Assembly: GCA_036229005.1 (NCBI GenBank)
Contig: JAZAMN010000002.1
Span: 41,555 to 105,554, forward strand
Direction: 5' to 3'
DNA: 64,000 nt
Origin: Myxococcota bacterium
GTDB taxonomy: Bacteria > Myxococcota_A > UBA796 > CAJQPC01
The notes beneath the pieces were generated by a model that saw only the letters and a list, made by a program, of their open reading frames with translations, ran no database searches and was not told where the DNA came from. A program made the translations under genes and the position numbers. Of the stretch, positions 1 through 9,296 are shown one piece after another (within the stretch, counting starts at the first letter, position 1; each line of letters opens with the position of its first letter).

Positions 1-303
1 GTGGTCGCCCCCAAGCTCGCCATCCTCAACGGCAGCGGCTCCGCGGAGCTCCAGGACAACTGGCTCAGCGAGGGCTGGAGCGACGCCTTCTCCGGCGACG
101 GCACGGTGCAGGACAGCGGCAACCTGAGCGGCACGGATCCGGCGCTCGACGCCGACTACCGCCCCAGCGCGGGGAGCCCTCTCTTGGGAGGAGCCGGATC
201 CCCCCACCCGGACACCTCGGCCCACCCCGTCGACCGCGAGTACAGCGACCAGTCCACGACGCCCCGTCCCACCAGCGAGGACATCGGGGCCTTCGAAGGC
301 TGA
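1..303 (+). CDS. C-terminal part of a secreted beta-helix / choice-of-anchor-Q-like protein (truncated by window start)
   Basis: DYRPSAGSPLLG...DIGAFE C-terminal motif typical of secreted beta-helix proteins; open from base 1 to TGA at 303. Confidence 0.6.
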   Translation: MVAPKLAILNGSGSAELQDNWLSEGWSDAFSGDGTVQDSGNLSGTDPALDADYRPSAGSPLLGGAGSPHPDTSAHPVDREYSDQSTTPRPTSEDIGAFEG

Positions 304-314
304 GCCCCCCCGGC

Positions 315-1607
315 TCAGTCCCGCTTGAGCAGGCCCTTCACCTTCGCGCTCACCCGCCAGGTGGGGCTGCCGTGGATCCGGGCGAGCTCCGAGCGCAGTC
401 GGTTCACCTCGCTGGCGAGCTGGGTGTTGGGGTCGGTGAAGGCCGGGGTGCGCGTCGGTGAGGACACCCAGTCCGCGACGGCCCCCAGAGCCTCTTCTCC
501 CCGATAGCGGCGGTGCAGGAAGGCCTGGGCGCGGCGGATGCGCTCGGGGTCGATGCCCTGGCGGGTCAGGCGCTGCAAGAGCTCGGCGATGGCGCCGGGG
601 CTGCCCATCTCCAGCGGGTACAGGTGGCCCATGGCGGCCAGCTCCTGGGCGAGTTCGGTGCGCACGCTGCTGGCGATCGCCAGGCCCTGGTGGGTGGCAA
701 AGAGCAGGCGGGTGCGGCTGCCCAAGAGGGGCTCGACGCCGGGGCGGTCCAGGCTGAGCAGCAGGTGGCAGCCCTGGACCACGGCGGGCAGCGCGGCGTT
801 GGGGACCCAGCCATGGAACACAAAGCGGTGGGGGTGCGGGCCCGACATCGCGCCCTGGTGGAAGTCGGCGAACGCGCCCTCATGGTGTCCGACGACCCCG
901 CCGCCGGTGACGTGGACCTCCAGCCCCGGGAGGCTGTCCATGGCCTGATGCAGGCCCTCCAGCAGGGTGGGCGCGTCCAGCCAGGTGTTGAAGCCGCCCG
1001 CCAGCAGCACGCGCAGGGGCTCTCCGGGCTCCAGGCCGCGGGGCTCGGCCCCTGGGAGCATGCCGAAGTCGTGGGCGACCGGCGCCAGGTGGGCCCAGGG
1101 GTAGGCCGCGGGCATCGTGGGCAGGCGCCCCATGTACCCGAGCTGCCCCAGGATCGCGGCGACCTGGGCCTTGGAGACACCCAGGAAGGCATCGCCGCGG
1201 GCCAGCACGGGCCACCACAGCGCCTGGGTCTCCAGGGTCGCCCTCCCCCCAAGCTCCGGATTCAAGCTGTCTTTTACCTGCGCCTCCGCGAAGGGGTCAC
1301 CGGGCACGTCCACGAGCAGGGGCAGCGCCTCTCCTGCGCACACCGTCGCCACGGCAGCCGGCCAGTACGGCCCCGCCGAGACCACGCAGTCCGGGGACAC
1401 TTCGCCTGTCCTCGCCTGGGCCAGGGGTTCCCAGTCGCTGTGGGGATCCAGCAGGCCAGGCGTTGAGCCCACCAGCAGCGTGTCCACCGCATGCCCCCTC
1501 CCCTCCAGCACCCGCCGGATGCCGTCCACCCGGAGCTGGGGGAAGCCGGTCTGCGGCGTATCGGCGGCAGGGAGTGGCCCCTGACCGACCAGCAGGACGC
1601 GCGCCAC
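315..1607 (-). CDS. GT-B glycosyltransferase (GT4-like) with C-terminal coiled-coil tail
   Basis: FHGWVP, SRTRLL, FLGVSKAQ motifs; tail ELARIHGSPTWRV; GTG immediately follows the wzt stop. Confidence 0.75.
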   Translation of the reverse strand: MARVLLVGQGPLPAADTPQTGFPQLRVDGIRRVLEGRGHAVDTLLVGSTPGLLDPHSDWEPLAQARTGEVSPDCVVSAGPYWPAAVATVCAGEALPLLVDVPGDPFAEAQVKDSLNPELGGRATLETQALWWPVLARGDAFLGVSKAQVAAILGQLGYMGRLPTMPAAYPWAHLAPVAHDFGMLPGAEPRGLEPGEPLRVLLAGGFNTWLDAPTLLEGLHQAMDSLPGLEVHVTGGGVVGHHEGAFADFHQGAMSGPHPHRFVFHGWVPNAALPAVVQGCHLLLSLDRPGVEPLLGSRTRLLFATHQGLAIASSVRTELAQELAAMGHLYPLEMGSPGAIAELLQRLTRQGIDPERIRRAQAFLHRRYRGEEALGAVADWVSSPTRTPAFTDPNTQLASEVNRLRSELARIHGSPTWRVSAKVKGLLKRD

Positions 1608-3116
1608 TCAGCCCTCCTGCACGTCGGCGGCCGGGCCCTCGGCGTGGGTGATCAGGCCCCAGGAGTGCGGGATCTGCACCATGCCGTGATCTTCGACCTG
1701 CTGGGCGACCTCGAACTCGTAGAGCTGGTTGTGCCAGACGTGCGGCTTGAGGTGCCCCTTGTCGAAGATCGCGACGCTCACCCGGTAGCGCCCGGCCAGC
1801 AGCGGCAGCTCCGGGTAGTGCAGGAAGAAGGTGTAGATGCCCTCGTAGGTCCCATCCAGCACCTGGTCGAAGCGCGTGTTCGGCCCGTAGACGTAGACCC
1901 CGTCGTTGCGGTGGATGGCCACGCCCAGGATGGGCCGCTCGATGGGCTCGGTGGTCTGGAAGGTCACCGCGACGGCCAGGGGCTCTCCGCTGCGGAAGCG
2001 CTCCCGCACGTGGCCCTTGGCGTCCAGGATGCGCACCTGGAGGATGCGGGCCTCGCCGCTGCCGATCAGCACCGCCCGCTCGCCGTCGTAGTTCTCGTAG
2101 GGGGCCGTCTGCAGTGGCTGCGCCCAGCGCTGGGCCGCGTCGGGGAGCGCGCAGGCCTCCACCAGGGCCTTCCTCAGCCGCGGATCCGGGTCGTGGGCTG
2201 TGTAGCGCACCACACCCTGGCCCCCACCGCCCGGCATCGACACCGCGCTCCCCTGCTCTGCACTCCCCCCCATCGGCGAGGTCACCCTCTCGCCGACCTC
2301 CTCGTCCTGGCTGGCCGCAGGCTCGGGATCGGGGACGGCCACCGGGCGGGGTCGGCGCTGCATACCCACCAGCTCGCGGTCGACGTCCATGTACTGCTCG
2401 ATCACCTCGCGGGCGGGGCCCAGGGCGCGCACCTCGCCGGAGTCCAGCCAGAGCACCGTGTCGCAGAGGGAGCGGATGGCGTGCAGGTCGTGGCTGACGA
2501 GCACGATGGTGCGGCCCTCGTGGACAAAGTCCTGGATCTTCCGCACGCACTTGCGCTGGAAGTACTGGTCTCCGACCGCAAGCACCTCGTCCACCAGGAA
2601 GACCTCGGAGTCCATGTGCGCCGCGATCGCGAACCCCAGGCGCAAGGACATCCCGGAAGAGTAGGTTCGCACCGGGTAGTCGATGAACTCGCCCAGCTCC
2701 GCGAAGGCCACGATGTCGGCCAACCGCGCCTCGATCTGATCCCGGGACATGCCCAGGAGCTGGCAGTTCAGGAAGACGTTCTCCCGCCCGGTGAAGTTCT
2801 GGTGGAAGCCCAGCCCCAGGTCCAGCAGCGTGGAGATGGGGGCGTTGACCTGCAGGCGACCCCGGGTGGGCTCGGAGATGCCCGCGATCAGCTTGAGCAG
2901 GGTGGACTTGCCGGCGCCGTTGGAGCCGATGACCCCGAAGCTCTGCCCCCGGGGGACGGAGAAGCTGACGTCCCGCAGGGCCCAGTGCTCCTGGTGGTGT
3001 CGCCGCCGCCCCAGGAACTCCGAGAGGCGGCTGCGGTCGTTCAGGTAGATGTCGAAGCGCTTTCCGACGCCGTGGGCCTCGATGACCGGGCGGGGGGTCG
3101 CGTCTGGCTGGGTCAT
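1608..3116 (-). CDS. wzt: Polysaccharide ABC exporter ATP-binding protein with Wzt C-terminal domain
   Basis: GSNGAGKST Walker A, YSSGM signature, DEVLAVGD, SHDL; Ig-like Wzt-C domain; ATG at 3116. Confidence 0.9.
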   Translation of the reverse strand: MTQPDATPRPVIEAHGVGKRFDIYLNDRSRLSEFLGRRRHHQEHWALRDVSFSVPRGQSFGVIGSNGAGKSTLLKLIAGISEPTRGRLQVNAPISTLLDLGLGFHQNFTGRENVFLNCQLLGMSRDQIEARLADIVAFAELGEFIDYPVRTYSSGMSLRLGFAIAAHMDSEVFLVDEVLAVGDQYFQRKCVRKIQDFVHEGRTIVLVSHDLHAIRSLCDTVLWLDSGEVRALGPAREVIEQYMDVDRELVGMQRRPRPVAVPDPEPAASQDEEVGERVTSPMGGSAEQGSAVSMPGGGGQGVVRYTAHDPDPRLRKALVEACALPDAAQRWAQPLQTAPYENYDGERAVLIGSGEARILQVRILDAKGHVRERFRSGEPLAVAVTFQTTEPIERPILGVAIHRNDGVYVYGPNTRFDQVLDGTYEGIYTFFLHYPELPLLAGRYRVSVAIFDKGHLKPHVWHNQLYEFEVAQQVEDHGMVQIPHSWGLITHAEGPAADVQEG

Positions 3117-3173
3117 GGGGGCCTCGCCCCGCACTCTATCGCGGTACACTGAATGCCTGGAAGGCGACACACC

Positions 3174-3746
3174 ATGTGGCTGATGCTCCTGGCCTGCTCC
3201 TCGCGCGACAAGGTCCCCATCTTCACGGAGGGGGGCTGTGATGGCTGCGCGGCGAGCCGCTACACGACGGTCGAGTCCGTGATCGACGGCGACACCGTGC
3301 AGTTCTCCGGCGACGAGGAGACCACCCGCCTGCTCGGCGTCGACACCCCCGAGGTGTACACCGACGGCGCCCCCGCCGACTGCTACGGCCTGGACGCCAG
3401 CGATTTCACCAAGCGCCGCCTCCCCGCCGGGCTGGTCGTCGAGCTGCAGTACGACGTGGACACCACCGACGTGGTGGGCCGGAACCTGGCCTACGTGGTC
3501 TATTGGCCCGACATGGAGGACGAGGACCTGGACGACATCGAGGACATGGACGCCGGAGAGCTGGAGGACGCCTTCGGCGACCCGGTGATGCTCAACATCG
3601 AGCTGCTGGAGCGCGGCTACGCGCGCATCCCCGACGACGACGACTACATCAGCGGGCTGCGCTACGAAGAGAGCCTGCGAGCCGCGGAGCAGCGCGCCAT
3701 CGAGAGCGGCGCCGGCCTCTGGGGCGAATGCGAGGAGCAAGGATGA
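3174..3746 (+). CDS. Thermonuclease (SNase-like) lipoprotein
   Basis: VIDGDT, RLLGVDTPE, DxxGRxLAYV, NIELLERGYAR, GLW motifs; short signal MWLMLLAC; alternative start 3153. Confidence 0.85.
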   Translation: MWLMLLACSSRDKVPIFTEGGCDGCAASRYTTVESVIDGDTVQFSGDEETTRLLGVDTPEVYTDGAPADCYGLDASDFTKRRLPAGLVVELQYDVDTTDVVGRNLAYVVYWPDMEDEDLDDIEDMDAGELEDAFGDPVMLNIELLERGYARIPDDDDYISGLRYEESLRAAEQRAIESGAGLWGECEEQG

Positions 3747-4801
3747 AGAGACCGAGCGAGCCGGGCACCCCCGGCCTCCTGAGCGCCCTGGAGGCGGTCT
3801 CCGCCTGGCGTGAGGCCCAGGAGGAGGAAGCCGCCACCCAACTCGCCGAGGTCGACGCCGAGGAGGCGCGCCTGCGCGAGGCCATCGCCGAGCTCCAGAG
3901 CCAGATCGCCGGCCTCGAGCCCCTGCGCGAGAACGTCCGCAAGCGCAGCGCGAACCTGGACCTCAAGGAGCTCCACCGCTCCCACCAGGCCCTGCTGGAC
4001 AGCATGACCGCCGACCGGGACCTGCTCGCGGACCGCAGCGCGCGCCTGCAGGAGAGCACCCAGGCCGACCGGGAGCGCGCCAAGGCGATGCTGAGCGACG
4101 CCGAGCTGGCCGAGGTGGTCAAGGAGTACGAGGGCTTCGCCGAGGTCCAGAAGGGCCTGGCCGCCCTACCCCCCAGCTACCGCAAGGCGATCGAGGACCA
4201 CCACAACGCGGTCAAGCGCCGCCTGCAGCCCATCCTGGAGCTGCTGGATGGGAGCGCGCGCCCCCTGGATGAGCGGACGGAGGCGATCTCCCTGGTGGCT
4301 TCGGTGGATCCCGTAGAGGGACCTCCCCAGGCCCTGGCGCTCGTGCTCCCCGTCGACGCGGAGCTCTACTACGAGTGGTCGGCGGAGTCCGACGATCTCT
4401 GCGCCCACCTGGCCTACCGGGTGGTGGCGGCCGTCAACTCCCTGGCCGCCCGCATCGGCGCGCCCGACGCCCCCATCGCCTTCACGAGCCTCAACGGCCT
4501 GCTGACCATCCAGCTCTGGCTGGGGGACCACGACATCCAGGCCGACCTGCGCGAGGTCGCCACGGGCGTGCTCGACGTGACCAGCGGCGCCCCGGAGCTG
4601 GAGGCCGCCAAGCTGGAGGTCTACGCCCTCTGGCTCCCCCCCGAGGTGCTCTCGCCGCCCGAAGCCGAGGACACCGACCTGGAGCAGGAGCTGTCTCTGG
4701 GTGTGGAGAGCGCCCTGCCCGAAGACAGCGTGGACGAGGTCCTGCTCTCGGACGACCGCGTCCCCGGCGATGACGACCCCGTTCCCGGCGCGGAGGACTG
4801 A
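3743..4801 (+). CDS. Hypothetical protein with N-terminal coiled coil and acidic tail
   Basis: ATGA overlap with the nuclease stop; high-GC3 frame; heptad-like N-terminus. Confidence 0.75.
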   Translation: MKRPSEPGTPGLLSALEAVSAWREAQEEEAATQLAEVDAEEARLREAIAELQSQIAGLEPLRENVRKRSANLDLKELHRSHQALLDSMTADRDLLADRSARLQESTQADRERAKAMLSDAELAEVVKEYEGFAEVQKGLAALPPSYRKAIEDHHNAVKRRLQPILELLDGSARPLDERTEAISLVASVDPVEGPPQALALVLPVDAELYYEWSAESDDLCAHLAYRVVAAVNSLAARIGAPDAPIAFTSLNGLLTIQLWLGDHDIQADLREVATGVLDVTSGAPELEAAKLEVYALWLPPEVLSPPEAEDTDLEQELSLGVESALPEDSVDEVLLSDDRVPGDDDPVPGAED

Positions 4802-5298
4802 TGAGCACCCTGGACAACCTCACCCGCCTGTCCCTCGCGGAGACCGCGACCCAGCTCGCGCTCCACCCCTTCGATCTTGTGCGCGCGCTGGTGCACCTGA
4901 ACGCCCTGCCCGATGACCTCCGCTTCGACCGCGATGCCGTCGACGGCCTGCGCCAGCGGATCGGCCTGCAGACCTGGTTCCCCGAGGGCCGTCAGAGCCC
5001 GGCGACCCCCAAGGGCCTGCTCCAGGATCTGTCCCACCAGCTCGTCACGCGGGGCGTCGTCGGCGAAACCGGGACCCGCCTGGACAACCTCAGCCGCGGC
5101 CTGGACGAGGCCGAGAAGGAGCAGGCCATGGCGCTCGTTCGCGGCCTGCACGCCGCGGGGGTTGTGCAGACCTGGACCGAGCCCAGCGGCCTGATGATCT
5201 CCGTGGTCGAAGGCAAGGAATATGTCGTCGCCGACCTGGCCGAGGGCGGCGATGCGCCCGACGGGGTGTTGGAGAGCCTCTCGCCGGTGCTAGACTGA
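4801..5298 (+). CDS. Hypothetical protein, possible HTH/winged-helix domains
   Basis: TGATG overlap with upstream gene; LSLAETATQLALHPFDL resembles an HTH. Confidence 0.7.
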   Translation: MSTLDNLTRLSLAETATQLALHPFDLVRALVHLNALPDDLRFDRDAVDGLRQRIGLQTWFPEGRQSPATPKGLLQDLSHQLVTRGVVGETGTRLDNLSRGLDEAEKEQAMALVRGLHAAGVVQTWTEPSGLMISVVEGKEYVVADLAEGGDAPDGVLESLSPVLD

Positions 5299-5304
5299 CC
5301 GCAG

Positions 5305-7008
5305 ATGGCGGAAGACAAGAACAAGATCAAGCGCTCCTCCGGCGGCGGGCTCTTCTCCGGCCCCGCCGACCCCTTCGGCGCTGGGCTGGGGCGGGGCAAG
5401 CGCCCGGGTCGCCCCAAGAAGGCGTCCAAGCCGCCCAGCCGCACCTCGTCGATGCCACCTGCTGCAAAGAAGGCCGAGCCCCCCAAGCCGGCCCCGGCGG
5501 TGGATCCAGTCGTGGAGTCCGCTCCACAAGCCCCCTCGGTCCCCGAGCCTGAGCAGGCCACCGCCCCCGCGCCCCCCAAGCCGACCGCCCCGCGCCCCGG
5601 CGGCATCCCCCTGGGTGGACAGAGCGCGCCCGCAAAGCCTGAGCTCTCTCAGCTCCCCGCCAGCATGCGCCTGCGCATCGCCAAGGCCGAGCACGAGAAG
5701 GAGATGGTGCGCCGCACGCAGGAGCAGGAGCCCAAGCCGGCGGTGGAGCTCGCGCCCGCGGACACGGATGAGACGCCGCTGCCCTCTGACGGGAGGCGGA
5801 TCACGCTCCCGCCCGTCTCCGAGCGGGGGGCTGCACCCTCTGGAGACACTGGGCAGAGCGAGAGCTTCGATCTCCTGGGTGACGACGAGGACTTCGGTGC
5901 GCCGGGTGGCTTGATGGACCTGGTCCAGGACGAGCCCTCCGAGCACATGGCCCCCGAAGAGCCGGAGTTCCCGGAGTCTCCGGGCCGCGTGGTCGCCTCC
6001 CTGGAGATCCACGACGCGCTGCGCGCCCACTCCCACTCCGACCGCTCCAGCCTGGAGGAGGTCGACGCGAGCGCCTGGGCCGACCCCCAGACGGACCACG
6101 ACGCGCTGTTCGACATCAGCGCCCGCGCCCGCAACGAAGAGGACGTGCTGGACCCGCCCTCGGACGTGATGACCGACCTGGGCGACCTGCCTCGCGGCGG
6201 CCCCGTGGTGGTGCGCAAGGGCAAGGGCGCCGACTTCAAGCGGGTCTCTCCCCGCCCCATGGTCGAAGACTCGGGGGTCTGGAAGCCGGAGCCGATCACG
6301 CCCGCGGCCCCGGAGCCCTCAAGCCCCAGGCAGAGCGCAGCGTGGTGGGAGAAGAAGGAGCCTGCCGCCCCCGCCAGCGAGCCCCTGAGCCAGCGCATCG
6401 CCCCTCTGCCCGAGCCCGCTCCGGCCGCGCCCAAGCGCCCCGCGCCCCCCAGCTTTGTGGGCAAGACCCGCCAGGAGCGGGAGGCCACCCAGCGCCGCAA
6501 GGTCGCCATGTTCGGCGGCATCGGCGCCCTGCTCGTGCTCGCCCTGGTCGGCGTGATCGTGTGGATGAGCCAGACCCCCGGCTCCGAGACCCCGGTCCAC
6601 ACCCCGGCCAAGGTCGCCCCCAGCGCCGGCGACCTGCCGCCCCCCACGACGGCGCCCTTGAGCACCACGCCGCCGCCCATCGAGCCGCTGCCCGACCCCA
6701 TCCCCGAGCCGGACCCGCTCCCCGAGGCCCTGCCGGAGCCTCCCCTGCCCGAGCCCGTGGAGCCCACCCAGCCCGTGGTCGAGCAGCCCAGCCTGAACGC
6801 CGCCGAGCCCGGCTTCCTGAACATCCGGGCCGAGCCGCGCGCGGTGATCTTCCTGGGCCGCAAGAACCTTGGGGAGACCCCCATCGAGCGCCTGGAGCTC
6901 GAGCCGGGCAGTTACACCCTCAAGGCGGTGGCTCCGGGCAAGCGCGCCAAGACCCGGACCGTCCGGGTGGACTCCGGGCGCGCCCAGCAGATCGTCTTCC
7001 GCTGGTAG
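5305..7008 (+). CDS. Pro-rich bitopic membrane protein with C-terminal PEGA domain
   Basis: One TM segment (FGGIGALLVLALVGVIVW); C-terminal GFLNIRAEP..LGETP..LEPGSYTL. Confidence 0.8.
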   Translation: MAEDKNKIKRSSGGGLFSGPADPFGAGLGRGKRPGRPKKASKPPSRTSSMPPAAKKAEPPKPAPAVDPVVESAPQAPSVPEPEQATAPAPPKPTAPRPGGIPLGGQSAPAKPELSQLPASMRLRIAKAEHEKEMVRRTQEQEPKPAVELAPADTDETPLPSDGRRITLPPVSERGAAPSGDTGQSESFDLLGDDEDFGAPGGLMDLVQDEPSEHMAPEEPEFPESPGRVVASLEIHDALRAHSHSDRSSLEEVDASAWADPQTDHDALFDISARARNEEDVLDPPSDVMTDLGDLPRGGPVVVRKGKGADFKRVSPRPMVEDSGVWKPEPITPAAPEPSSPRQSAAWWEKKEPAAPASEPLSQRIAPLPEPAPAAPKRPAPPSFVGKTRQEREATQRRKVAMFGGIGALLVLALVGVIVWMSQTPGSETPVHTPAKVAPSAGDLPPPTTAPLSTTPPPIEPLPDPIPEPDPLPEALPEPPLPEPVEPTQPVVEQPSLNAAEPGFLNIRAEPRAVIFLGRKNLGETPIERLELEPGSYTLKAVAPGKRAKTRTVRVDSGRAQQIVFRW

Positions 7009-7024
7009 CCCGGCCGCTCCCCGC

Positions 7025-7681
7025 TCAGCCGCGGCTGCCGAAGATGGCGCTGCCCACCCGCACGTAGGTCGCGCCGTGGGCGATGGCCTCGCGGTAGTCG
7101 GCGCTCATGCCCATGGAGAGCTCGGTCAACGGGAGCCCCTGGGCCCTTCCCGCGGCGGCCAGCTCAGCGAGCTGCTGGAACCACTGGCCCTGCCCCGGAG
7201 GCGGGATGCACATCAGCCCGCGCAGCTCGACGCCGGGCAGCTCCATGAGCTGGGTGCACAGCGCCAGCGCCTCGGAGGCGGGGACGCCAGACTTGGACTG
7301 CTCGTCGCCCAGGTTCACGGAGACCAGGATGGGCTGCCGGCCCGAGGCCCGCTTGGAGATCTCCTGGCCCAGGCGCAGCGAGTCCACCGCGTGGATCAGC
7401 GCGGCCTTGTTGACCACGTACTTGACCTTGTTCCGCTGCAGGCCGCCGATGAAGTGCCACTCCACCGGCTCCCCCGCCATCTGCTCGGCCTTGTCGCGCA
7501 GCTCCTGGGCGTAGTTCTCGCCCAGCTCCCGCTGCCCGGCGGCCAGGGCCTCCCGCAGGTCCGACACGGGCTTGGTCTTGCTCACGGCGATCAGCCGCAC
7601 GCTCTCCGGGTCCCGCCCGGCGGCCAGGGCGGCCTCCCGGATCTGCTGCTTCACCTGCGCCAGGTTCTCGGCGATGCTCAC
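7025..7681 (-). CDS. yggS: PLP homeostasis protein YggS
   Basis: LIAVSKT, GENYAQE, WHFIG, LSMGMS, VRVGSAIFG. Confidence 0.95.
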   Translation of the reverse strand: MSIAENLAQVKQQIREAALAAGRDPESVRLIAVSKTKPVSDLREALAAGQRELGENYAQELRDKAEQMAGEPVEWHFIGGLQRNKVKYVVNKAALIHAVDSLRLGQEISKRASGRQPILVSVNLGDEQSKSGVPASEALALCTQLMELPGVELRGLMCIPPPGQGQWFQQLAELAAAGRAQGLPLTELSMGMSADYREAIAHGATYVRVGSAIFGSRG

Positions 7682-8247
7682 TTGGAAAGCTCCGGGGAGA
7701 AAGGGGCTGGGGCCCCCAGAGACGCCAGGTCGCTCAACACCTCCGCCAGCGGGAGGCCGACCACGTTGGAATAGCTGCCCTCGATCGAGGACACCAGGAA
7801 GCCGCCGATGCCCTGGATCCCGTAGGCGCCGGCCTTGTCCATGGGCTCACCGGTGGCCACGTAGCCGCGCACCTCCTGCTCGGTCAGAGAGCGGAAGCGC
7901 ACGCGCGTGGTGGTGACCCGGAGCCGCTGCTGATCCCCCCACCGCACGCAGCTCCCGGTGCTGACCTGGTGGACCCCGCCGGAGAGCCCCAGCAGGATCT
8001 GGACGGCGTCCTCGACGCCCTCGGGCTTGTGGAAGATGGCGCCGTCGCGGTGGACCACAGTGTCTGCAGCGACCACCAGGCCGTCCGCGGTGAGCGCCTT
8101 CTCGTGGGCCATGCGCTCGGCGTAGGCCAGCGGGTCCTCGCCGGCACGCGGGGTCTCGTCGATGTCGGCCGGCAGGATGCGCAGGCGGTATCCCAACTGC
8201 TCCAGGAGCAGACGGCGGCGGGGGCTGCCGGATGCGAGGGTCAACAT
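7678..8247 (-). CDS. maf: Maf family nucleoside triphosphate pyrophosphatase
   Basis: LASGSPRR, ADTVV, DKAGAYGIQG, SNVVGLP. Confidence 0.95.
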   Translation of the reverse strand: MLTLASGSPRRRLLLEQLGYRLRILPADIDETPRAGEDPLAYAERMAHEKALTADGLVVAADTVVHRDGAIFHKPEGVEDAVQILLGLSGGVHQVSTGSCVRWGDQQRLRVTTTRVRFRSLTEQEVRGYVATGEPMDKAGAYGIQGIGGFLVSSIEGSYSNVVGLPLAEVLSDLASLGAPAPFSPELSK

Positions 8248-8723
8248 CACCGCTCCTTCCTCCGCTGCTCCCGGACCTTCAGGCGGTGGTCCCGCCGGGC
8301 CTGGGCCTCCTGCGCGCGGCGCTCCCACTGGGGGTCCCCGCTGGTCTCCAGGGTGGGCACGCGGTTGGGGTGGCCCTCGGCGTCCAGGCTCACGAAGGTC
8401 AGGTACGCGCTGCAGCAGTGCTGACGGCGGCCGGTGATCGGGTGCTCGGCCTCGATGCGCACGCCGACCTCCATCGACGAGCCCCAGGCGCGGTTGACCA
8501 TGGAGTTCAGCTCCAGGACCATGCCCTGCTTGACCGGCTTGAGGAAGTGCAGCTCGTCGATGGACACGGTCACGACGCCGCTGCGGGCGAAGCGCTGGGC
8601 CGAGATGGCCGCGCAGATGTCGGCCCAGGCGGCGATCTGTCCGCCGAACACGGTCCCGTGGTTGTTGGTGAACTGCGGCAGCACCATCTGGGTCATGGTG
8701 GTGGTGGTCTCTTCGGGCGTCAC
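8247..8723 (-). CDS. Acyl-CoA thioesterase (hotdog fold)
   Basis: NNHGTVFGGQI, SSMEVGV, AYLTFV; GTG start overlaps upstream stop. Confidence 0.9.
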   Translation of the reverse strand: MTPEETTTTMTQMVLPQFTNNHGTVFGGQIAAWADICAAISAQRFARSGVVTVSIDELHFLKPVKQGMVLELNSMVNRAWGSSMEVGVRIEAEHPITGRRQHCCSAYLTFVSLDAEGHPNRVPTLETSGDPQWERRAQEAQARRDHRLKVREQRRKER

Positions 8724-9295
8724 GGCGCCTCCAGCAGGCTCTCGGCCCAGAAGCCCTCGGGGAGCTCCCGGATGATGGGGATCGCGTTGGGGACCTGGAC
8801 GTCTCGGATTGCATCGGGGGCCAGGCCATCGGTGCGGCGCAGGATCACCCGGATCACGCCGCCATGGGCGACCACGAGCACATCTCCGGAGCCAGCCTCC
8901 AGCCCGGCCAGCGTGGGGATCACCCGACGATCCAGGTCGGCGTAGCTCTCCCCGCCGGGGGCCTTGCCCTCCCAGGTCCGCATGGCGTCGAACGCTCCCG
9001 AGGCCCGCAGCGGCGCCTTGAGATGCCGCGCCCACTCGCCCATGCTGCGCTCTCCCAGCTCCCGGTGGATCCGGGGGGTCAAGGGGCGGGGGCCTACAGC
9101 GATACGGGCCGTCTCCACCGCCCGGCTCAGATCCGAGCAGAGCACCGCAGCGATCTGGGCCCCAGCGAGGTCACGCGCAGCCTGTCGGGCCTGGTCCCGC
9201 CCCCGCTCGGTGAGGGGGGTGTCGACCTGGCCCGACAGCCAGCCTTCGGCGTTGGCCACGGACTCGCCGTGGCGCAGGAAGATCCAGCGGCGCAT
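8720..9295 (-). CDS. Histidine phosphatase (phosphoglycerate mutase-like) family
   Basis: RHGES, SDLSRAVETA, GGES, VAHGGVIR. Confidence 0.9.
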   Translation of the reverse strand: MRRWIFLRHGESVANAEGWLSGQVDTPLTERGRDQARQAARDLAGAQIAAVLCSDLSRAVETARIAVGPRPLTPRIHRELGERSMGEWARHLKAPLRASGAFDAMRTWEGKAPGGESYADLDRRVIPTLAGLEAGSGDVLVVAHGGVIRVILRRTDGLAPDAIRDVQVPNAIPIIRELPEGFWAESLLEAP

Positions 9296-9296
9296 C

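Noticed and set aside
3117..3740. N-terminal extension of the Wzt ORF
   Set aside because: It is antisense to the thermonuclease; the real start is ATG 3116
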